Translations under genes and position numbers: made by a program
Notes under the pieces: model-generated
Told to the model about the DNA's origin: nothing
Databases searched by the model: none
The model's input: the letters and a program-made list of their open reading frames with translations, nothing else
Part shown: positions 1 to 8,100 of the stretch, piece after piece
Layout of the letters: each line of letters opens with the position of its first letter
How positions within the stretch are numbered: position 1 is the stretch's first letter
IMG/VR virus record: IMGVR_UViG_3300008954_002234
Source of the DNA: an uncultured virus (IMG/VR IMGVR_UViG_3300008954_002234)
Lineage: Duplodnaviria; Heunggongvirae; Uroviricota; Caudoviricetes
Reading direction: 5' to 3' (one strand)
DNA length: 20,000 nucleotides

Positions 1-1386
1 CCCATTTCTAAATACTTGCATAAATGGTTGCTTATCTCCACTATTATATGAGAAATTATCATTTTTTATCTCAAAACCTCTGACTTCAAATTCGCTTTTA
101 TCACTTGAGTCATTATTTAAATCTATTGTTGCGAATTTATAAATTGCATCTGAGCTGTAATTCATAGGTAACGGAGGGCCATAATAGGAATAGATCTCCA
201 AGATTTCTCTATCAGTAATTGGGTTGTCAAATATTATTGAACCGGGAATAAATTGCATACCCGAAACATAGTCATCGTTTCTTATCGAACTAGCGTCAGA
301 ATATATACCAGTTATCGAACTTATATTAGCCTCTCCAGTCAAATCAACTAAAACTTCTTTATACAAAACGCCTTCTACCCCACTTTTTACATAATTAGGA
401 ATGTCTCGCCCATAATAATCTTTTAGCACTCCTGACTGAACATATTCATAACCAGTGACTTCATAACCTATGGCTTGAGATTCTACTCGAACACCAGTTA
501 CCTCTTTAGTTATTCTTTCTCCTGTAACTAAAACCTCTTCAGCATAGGAGTCTAAATAGAAACTTTCCGCGACTACGTCCCTACTAGTCTCTGTCATATA
601 TTCATCATACAACAATATTGTGTTTATATAGCCAGAGAACCCAGTATAGTTATGCCTATATGCATCATCACTTACCGGCATAAAGCCGCCAAAAAATAAA
701 TCGTACGAATCAGCAAAGCCAGCAAGAGGAGACTTTATTGAAACTGTATCTTGGTTTGGGTTATGCAAAGACACTTCTATGTTATTCGGATTCTTTGCTA
801 TAGAGACCACGTTGCTCCTATTAACATGTTTAGCTAGGGTCTCTACTGTTCTATCGTAATAGTCATAGTCCGAAGAACTATCCTGTTCGCCAGCTGTACC
901 CGCTATGTATTCATAGTAGAGTCTATTTGATCCATTTAACCCTACATGAAAGCCAGATAAAGAATTATCCCCACTCATGGTGGAAACTAAGACCCTAGAC
1001 AAACTCGAGCTAGAAGCTTCGCTATACTGACCAGAAAAATCCAGAAAGCAAGTCCAGCTTTCTCCGGTCATCTTATGTACACCACCAAGCAGGCTCATCC
1101 CATCAAAATAGCCAGAACCCGTAACAGTATTAGACTGACTTAAGATTATAGCTGGATAATTATCATTCGCAATAATCGGTTTACCATCACCTGTGTCAAC
1201 AAACTGAGTATCTCTGTTATGCAACTGGTTAAAAACTACGTTGTAAATGCCGCTAGTTTTATAATACCTGTCTCTATCTATCGCATTTTCTGTATCAACT
1301 GATCCGCTTAGGTTATAATACGCCAAAAGAGCACCGGTCTGAAAACCGGCTTGACGAGTGTATTCTAATAAAACATCCTCTTTCAT
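1..1386 (-). CDS. LamG/concanavalin A-like domain virion (tail tip/fibre) protein, 3'-truncated by window edge (>=462 aa)
   Basis: Not in the ORF track. Manual translation from ATG 1386 (2 nt after the upstream TAA at 1389-1391) is open to base 1: MKEDVLLEYTRQAGFQTGALLAYYNLSG...GSGYFDG...WTCFLDF...GFHVGLNGSNRLYYEY...LFFGGF...GFSGYINTILLYDEYM. This motif order (LxAYY, GYFDG, FGG, FxGxIxxxxxY) is typical of LamG-like jelly-roll domains. It lies downstream of the TMP and hub genes. Confidence 0.75.
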   Translation of the reverse strand, partial: MKEDVLLEYTRQAGFQTGALLAYYNLSGSVDTENAIDRDRYYKTSGIYNVVFNQLHNRDTQFVDTGDGKPIIANDNYPAIILSQSNTVTGSGYFDGMSLLGGVHKMTGESWTCFLDFSGQYSEASSSSLSRVLVSTMSGDNSLSGFHVGLNGSNRLYYEYIAGTAGEQDSSSDYDYYDRTVETLAKHVNRSNVVSIAKNPNNIEVSLHNPNQDTVSIKSPLAGFADSYDLFFGGFMPVSDDAYRHNYTGFSGYINTILLYDEYMTETSRDVVAESFYLDSYAEEVLVTGERITKEVTGVRVESQAIGYEVTGYEYVQSGVLKDYYGRDIPNYVKSGVEGVLYKEVLVDLTGEANISSITGIYSDASSIRNDDYVSGMQFIPGSIIFDNPITDREILEIYSYYGPPLPMNYSSDAIYKFATIDLNNDSSDKSEFEVRGFEIKNDNFSYNSGDKQPFMQVFRNG

Positions 1387-1388
1387 AT

Positions 1389-3206
1389 TTAACCTGTATC
1401 TAATCTATCTAAGTTTATAACGACGGATGATTTCTCGTGACTTAAATTCCTTCTATATGTTATATCTCCAGTATCTTTATTTTCTACTTTATTTTGGGAT
1501 TCTAACCTTTTTACATCCCCGGTCACGAAAGAGTTTATTAAGAAATTGTTTATACTCCTCACCTCTGCTGCTGCCGAGTCAAAAGTTTCCGCATCTCTAT
1601 CGTCTGTGCCCCCTCTACAGTTAACTCCTACTTCTTCTCTTTGTGTTTGTAATTTCAAATCATAGATAAGATAATGTCCATTTTGTAAAGCAGAAGGTAC
1701 GGGTTTATATATTTGAGCAGGAGGAGATACAGTGACGGAGTATCCAGCCTGCCTTAGAGAGCTATTCTCTGGAAAATCATCATCTGTTAGCCCGAGAGAA
1801 AACTGTATTGTGCCAGCAAACTTATTCTGGTCGATCGTTATCGAATTTGGCTTAGGAGACAAGACATACTGGGTCCTAGTTGGAAACATTTTATGATAAG
1901 CTTTCTGAGCTTCATCTCTAACTATCTTGCAGTCATCAGCAACCATTAAATCTAATAAAATTTTATTATCCCTATTTTTCTTTGTTAGACTTCCTCTTGT
2001 TCTTATGTCCCCAGAACATTGAACAGTTATTATGTCTGTAATATTATCATGATTAAAGCTGACGTTATAATCAAAATAGGTATTGGCATTTTTTATTTTT
2101 GCTTGACTAAATAAATTATTATTATCGTAAACAGCCTGAAAGCCTATTGCCTTAGCCTCTTTATTTGGAGTAATAGTAAAGCTTACCGGATCTCTGTTTA
2201 ATTCTAAATTATCTTCCGTTGCCTGCCTACTGCCTACGGCACCTTTTATATGCCTTAAATAAGCTTTATTAACTAAGTCATAAAAGTTTCTACTTTTAAG
2301 GTCTGCCTTAACCATGTCCCAAGTAACACTGTCCTCTTGGCTTCCGGTCAAATTTCCAGATAGGTTTACAGTTACAAACTCAGAGTTACTCTGCTCCTCA
2401 AATGACAAACTGTATGTTAAAAGCACATTAGCCGTCTGCATTGAAGGAAGATTAGCTTCCTCGTCTGCGGAAGATGAAGCTTCGTTGTTTACAAATGAAT
2501 AGTTTTCTGTAACTGAGTATGTTCCCGCTAACCTATTTATATTTTCGTTTACAGAAGTGAGTATTAACGAAGAACCAGTATGTGCGTTTCTTATTATTTG
2601 TTGAGCAACCCTATTCGATGTACCTTTTTTTGAGTCAACAAAAGATTTAGCATTCGCAAAAGCATTCGTATATCCATTTTCATTTGTATTGTAGCCAGTT
2701 GCAGAAACGTTATGAGTGGCAGTAGCTACTCCACCTCCACCCTCAGAGTAATTCCAAGAATCAACAGGGTTGGATATGCCGTAGTTAGCTGTATAAAAAT
2801 CTTTGTCGTTTTTGAATCCAGATAAAACTATAGTATAACTCAAAATCCCAACATAAGTCGATGAGTCAAAGCTCACGCTTTGCACAACGCAATTATTAAG
2901 CTCGAAAAATGTATCATGCCCGCTAACAGCAAACTTTTGAAAATTTTTACTAAGAGCACCAGCGAAAGCTGCTGCGACCTTATCTCGCTTTTTGCTTAGT
3001 TTTTCATATTTAACGTTTGCCCCAGCGGCCTCATCTCCTGACCTTTTAGGTAAAAGCGCTACTTGGCCAGTCAGGGTAATTTCTACGGCAGTAGCCCAAA
3101 GGTCTCCTCCTAGAAATTGATTAGTGAAAGACTTGGAAACATAAGGAGTTGGAACAGGAAAAATAAAATCCCCATACTGCACCTTTACGTCTTGTTTATA
3201 AGCCAT
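1389..3206 (-). CDS. Putative tail tip/baseplate hub-like protein with internal beta repeats (605 aa)
   Basis: Long ORF; second gene after the TMP; S/T/N/Y-rich alternating beta pattern; recurring motifs (NINRLAGTYSVTENY, DQNKFAGTIQFSL, VENKDTGDITY); similar to the neighbouring 636-aa ORF. Function is inferred from position. Confidence 0.55.
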   Translation of the reverse strand: MAYKQDVKVQYGDFIFPVPTPYVSKSFTNQFLGGDLWATAVEITLTGQVALLPKRSGDEAAGANVKYEKLSKKRDKVAAAFAGALSKNFQKFAVSGHDTFFELNNCVVQSVSFDSSTYVGILSYTIVLSGFKNDKDFYTANYGISNPVDSWNYSEGGGGVATATHNVSATGYNTNENGYTNAFANAKSFVDSKKGTSNRVAQQIIRNAHTGSSLILTSVNENINRLAGTYSVTENYSFVNNEASSSADEEANLPSMQTANVLLTYSLSFEEQSNSEFVTVNLSGNLTGSQEDSVTWDMVKADLKSRNFYDLVNKAYLRHIKGAVGSRQATEDNLELNRDPVSFTITPNKEAKAIGFQAVYDNNNLFSQAKIKNANTYFDYNVSFNHDNITDIITVQCSGDIRTRGSLTKKNRDNKILLDLMVADDCKIVRDEAQKAYHKMFPTRTQYVLSPKPNSITIDQNKFAGTIQFSLGLTDDDFPENSSLRQAGYSVTVSPPAQIYKPVPSALQNGHYLIYDLKLQTQREEVGVNCRGGTDDRDAETFDSAAAEVRSINNFLINSFVTGDVKRLESQNKVENKDTGDITYRRNLSHEKSSVVINLDRLDTG

Positions 3207-3207
3207 G

Positions 3208-5118
3208 TTAGTATTCTAAAGCTTCAGCAGCTACTCCTTTCTTATCTATAAAGCCAAGGTCAATATTGTAGTTAAAAGCATAGTCAGAAGTTAGGCTGTA
3301 AGTATAGTCGTTGAGGAACCAAGAAAGGTCGCCCTTTCCCACTTGTGGTGAAGTCACAAAAGCGCTATCTTTCACCTCTTGCTCTAAAGTAGACAAAACG
3401 CTATCAGAGGCAGTCTTTAAATAAGAAGCATGAGCTGAATTTATCTTGTTTGCGCTTGGGTTTCTTTTTAATACTATTTGAGTACTTATGTTTTTTGACC
3501 CCGGCGTAGTCTGATTTGCGTCATAATTAGTTTGTTTTGTGTTGGGGGCTATAACAGAAGACCTCATTATTGTGGGCATTTTATAAGTATCTGTTTTTGA
3601 TAACTTTCTTATATAGGTATCATCTCTCAAACTAGGGTCATCAGAGTAAGTAAAAGAATAGTTAACAGAATTTCCGTAAATGTTATAAGACACACTAGAG
3701 GCTGTTAAATTCTTAGGATAAGCTAAATCATCAGTAGAAGAAGCAACCCTAAGTGACTCGTATAATGGAGTAACCCTGCTTATTACATCCGCCGAAGATG
3801 TTAAATTGTCATATTTTGTTTTAGGATCAAAGTTGATAGACTTACTTTTATAATAACTAGTTATTGTTCCCGTCTCAGTCACAGTTGTAATATTAGAATT
3901 AGAGAGGTTTCCGTTAGTAGTGTACTCAAATATAGCTTCGTCATGCATTCTTGGATTAGTTGTATAAGATATAGTATATGTAATCCCGCCAGACATTCTA
4001 TTTATATTCCTACCAAGAGAAACATATTTGTTTTTTAAATCTGAAGAATTGCTCCATTCTGTTTGCCCCGGAACCCAGTCAGGAGAGCTTTGAACTAAAT
4101 TCTCCAGATGTGTTTGGCATCTTGCATGCGCAGGTGATCCCCCTGTTTCCGCCGCATTTCCTATTAAGGCATACAAGCCTTGCACAGCATTTTCATAAGA
4201 GTCTTCGTTTTTACCCGAGTCACTTATACTAACACTGCTCCTGCCCTGAATATCACCATTTTCTGTGATTGTCACAGATCCGTCAGCGCCAACCGCCACA
4301 TCATAGGTTAGCGCTGCAGACCAATACTCTCCGCTCTGTTGACTGGTATAAGCTCCGTTTTTTAAAGATAAAGATCTTGATATACTATATGTATTATTTA
4401 TAGAATCGTAGTTCTCGGTAAATATACCATTACCTTTAACAGTTCTTATAAAATTAGCATATCTACTATCTAAATAACCCACTTTAGGAGCCGAGCCCCC
4501 TTCCACATCAAAAGCTGCTAACGCCATATTTTTCGCCAAAGAAACAAAATCTACATTTGTTGGGCTATTATCTCTTAGAGAAAAGTTTATCCCTTGATTA
4601 AAACTAAACTCTCTATTTGCGCTTATTGAAAAGTCAAATGTTTCGCTAAAAGATTCAAAATATTGCGTATATGTTTTTTCAAGAAAATCAGTGCTTTTAT
4701 ATAATTCTGAATCAGACTTAGTAAGATTTGATTTTGCACTATCAAAAGCTTCATAATACTGCAGAGCCATAGTCACTTCAAGTAAATTTATATGGTTCTG
4801 CCTTGCTCCTTGGCTAGTAGGAAAATTATAAGATAATATTTTTACATTTTCTATAGTTTGCCCGTTTATATTTATCTCTTCAACAAAACCAGTTGATAGT
4901 ATTTCGTCAAGGTGAGTCTTTTGTAAAGTATCTATTTTCTTGAACTTGTCTGCTTCGTTAAGATTCCCAGTCGAACCAGTATCATGTACGGGATGGATAA
5001 ATGCAGTTATGTCTAAATTTATCGTCCTGCCATACTGAAATACACCACCATCCACATAATTAGCTTCCTGAGAAAAACCCAGTATTTGAGTGTTGTCTAG
5101 TTTTATAGTAGTAGCCAT
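3208..5118 (-). CDS. Putative distal tail/hub-like protein with internal beta repeats (636 aa)
   Basis: ATG overlaps the TMP stop (TAATG at 5118), in the canonical Dit position. Repeated motifs (NINRMSGGITYTISY, SYNIYGNSVNYSFTY, VTITENGDIQG, TTVTETGTIT). Confidence 0.55.
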   Translation of the reverse strand: MATTIKLDNTQILGFSQEANYVDGGVFQYGRTINLDITAFIHPVHDTGSTGNLNEADKFKKIDTLQKTHLDEILSTGFVEEININGQTIENVKILSYNFPTSQGARQNHINLLEVTMALQYYEAFDSAKSNLTKSDSELYKSTDFLEKTYTQYFESFSETFDFSISANREFSFNQGINFSLRDNSPTNVDFVSLAKNMALAAFDVEGGSAPKVGYLDSRYANFIRTVKGNGIFTENYDSINNTYSISRSLSLKNGAYTSQQSGEYWSAALTYDVAVGADGSVTITENGDIQGRSSVSISDSGKNEDSYENAVQGLYALIGNAAETGGSPAHARCQTHLENLVQSSPDWVPGQTEWSNSSDLKNKYVSLGRNINRMSGGITYTISYTTNPRMHDEAIFEYTTNGNLSNSNITTVTETGTITSYYKSKSINFDPKTKYDNLTSSADVISRVTPLYESLRVASSTDDLAYPKNLTASSVSYNIYGNSVNYSFTYSDDPSLRDDTYIRKLSKTDTYKMPTIMRSSVIAPNTKQTNYDANQTTPGSKNISTQIVLKRNPSANKINSAHASYLKTASDSVLSTLEQEVKDSAFVTSPQVGKGDLSWFLNDYTYSLTSDYAFNYNIDLGFIDKKGVAAEALEY

Positions 5119-8100
5119 TATTTCGGAGTAAGAACGTTTTTAATTGCCGGGTTGCTCATCATTCGTTTCCTCTGGCCGGGTGAAGCTGACTCTAAAACGG
5201 CTGTCATTAATGCCCTTATCTGTGCTTCTTGGGCGCCTCCGGCTTCCTCCCCATTAACATTAATATTTACTGTGTATCCACCTTCTTGATCAGGCCTAAT
5301 GTCACGCATCGACATACCGCCATCTTCGTACTCTTTTAGAACCGGCCTGCTTCGAGTAACTGTCTTCCCCTCCATGAATTGCTCATGAGCTCGACTTGCT
5401 CCCCAAAGCCTATTCCTGCCGTGCTCCCGATAGCCTTGATCGTGTTCATTCAGAGTGCCAGTCAAAAACCTTTCAAAAGTTTTATCTACTTTCCCTGTGT
5501 AACGAGAGGATTGACGCGCGCCTCCTGCTATATCCGTTGCCATATTTTCGATCCCCGGTTGTATACGGTTAGCGTAATCTCCGTATACAGCCTGTTCTCT
5601 GGAGCGCTGTTGAGACTCCATTTGAGATAACGCCATTGCATCTCCCGTAATACTAGTATGAGATAGCTTTGAATTTTCTAATACTAAAGCCAGACTATCC
5701 AGTGCAGCTGTATTTCTATCAAGTGAATCTCCCTTGAAAGCATTTTCCGCTTGCTGCCTTGCCGCCTGAGCTATCTCTTGTCGAGACATTCCTCCTCCAA
5801 GCTCTCTATTCATCATGGTCATATGACCAAGGCTAGCCTGAAATTGAGCTGCGACAGCCTTCTTCCTTAAACGCTCAGGAAGTTGTCCCCCGAAAGCCTC
5901 TTGCATTCCAGCGAACTTTGTTGCCCTAGCTGATGCAAGGCCCTGTCTACTGCCAATCCTAAGAGACATGCGCTCTGCAGATGCACCAGCCATAATTTGG
6001 GAAAAAGCGTTGTTAAGGCGAGAAGGGTCTCTTGCCGCTGCTGCTCCCCCAAACTTTGTTAAATTTTGTTGCTGTTTAGCTATAATCCTTGAGGCTTCTG
6101 CTGTTTGTTGCTGTACATATAACTGCCTTTCCATTTCACCGCCAAGATGATTATTAGAAGCTAAAAGAGCTTTAAGGCCTGACTCTAAAGCCTCTAGATT
6201 CTTCTTGCCATACTCATCGGCGTTTGCGTGTATTTTTTTGAGTTCAGTTAGTTGTTGCTCAACTGCACCTGTGTCTATAGCCCCAACCCCTTTAGTTGAC
6301 GCTAGGCTTAGCTGTGCTCCTATGTCTGTCGCTAATTGTGTTCCAGCGAAGCCTTTTGTAAACTGAGCAGCCGTGAGAGATCCCTCCGCTGTAGTAACAC
6401 TACCTTTGAACTGCTTAGCAAAATCTCCTCTTATTTTATCTTGAGCCAACTGATCATCTAAATTTACCTTGCCCATTCCCGTTAAAAAAGCTTGAGCGCC
6501 TTTCTTTAAAATAGGAATTGTGGCAAGTCTAATCTTTTGCTCATCTGCCAAAGCTTTTTTTGTTGCGTCCAGAGCTTGTCTTTGCTCTTTATTAGCTTTC
6601 AGTATATCTTCTCTGGCTTTTCTTTCCGCTTCCATCATCTTAGCGTTTTTTATTGCCTCTTCAAATAATTTTACCTGAGCGTTTATAACATGCCTTCCTG
6701 CATCAGTGTCTTCGCCTAATATCTCTACGTTTTTAAGACGAGCTTGCTCTTCGATCCCCATGTTTTTTTGTACCTCACCCAACAAACGAGCAGACTCATT
6801 GTCTCCACCTCCCCAATCAGCATCCAAGTGACCTTGGGCTTTGAGTAGTTTTTGCATGTCTTCTTGAAGCTGTTGAGGTGTCGCATCTTTGAAATAGTCT
6901 TGGTTACCTGTAGCCATGCTCCTTTTTATTATATCCTCTCCTAAACCTTTTTCTTCCTGTATTCTAGCATCACTTCTGCCAGTCCATACAGTCTCTGCCA
7001 TTCTTTGGAAGTCATTTTGGGTATCTGACCTGCGTTGAGCTGCATCCTTTTTAGCTCCTTCAGCTTCTTTTGCAGCTTCAACAGCTTGCTTTAATTCTTG
7101 TGGATTTATAATTGCTCTTAGTTGAGCTTGAATATTACTTGGTAATTCAGTTAATGTTTTTGTTACTTGGTCATGAGCGGCCATAACTTCACGTATACTC
7201 GCATCACTATTATGGAATGTCTTTTCGTACATATCCATTGAGTCTCCAAGCTTATTTAAAATTCCTATATTTTTTTCTGTTGCTTCTGCTGTTTTTTGAT
7301 ATACGTCAGCTAACCTTCTAGCCTCTTTAGATACTGCGCTACCTTCATTTAAGAAATGATCAGTAGCCATTCCTATACCCACAGCGGCTACACCTAGACC
7401 CAAAGGAGTAGCCAATGCAGCGCCAGCGGCTCCCATACCGCCTGCGATAGCTCCACCAGCTCTAGTAGCCATTGCTGCCCCTTTCACAGCTCTTCCTGCG
7501 GATGCAGCCCTTCCCATTCCATGCAATTGCCTATTTACATTATAATTAGTTTTGATACGAGACGCAGTCCTTCTACCACCTTCTCTCATGCCTGATGTAG
7601 CATCGCCGAGTGACATCGCGCCCATCGCCGCAAGGTCTGACATTCCCCGATTCATGCTGCCAAGACTTACCTTTGATGTTAGAGCTTTTCCAATCCCTTT
7701 AGTTGAATCGAACATTGAGCCAGCCATGCCGATTGTAGCCATAGTCATCAAGGTGGAGCTAAGTTTGTCCATAGCTACGCGACTTTCTTTAGACTCAAAA
7801 GACCCGTCGTCAGTTGAGTTAGTTAACAGCTGCATAGCGGTTTGCAGAGCAAATATACCACCTGTCAGCTTCATCATTTTATTAGTGTTCTCTGAAAGGG
7901 CTTTGTCAGGACCAGCATCAGCGAAATTAGGTACGCCAGCCGTTTTCGGGTTTATTCCTCTAGCTAAGCTTCTTCTGATTCCTTGGCCAAGTCCTCCCGG
8001 TTCATCTTGAGTATTATATACCCCAAGACCCACGGGATTTAATCCAGAAGCCAAAGATCTACTTGTGCCTACTCTTATCTTAGAAGAAGGTATTCCTGCT

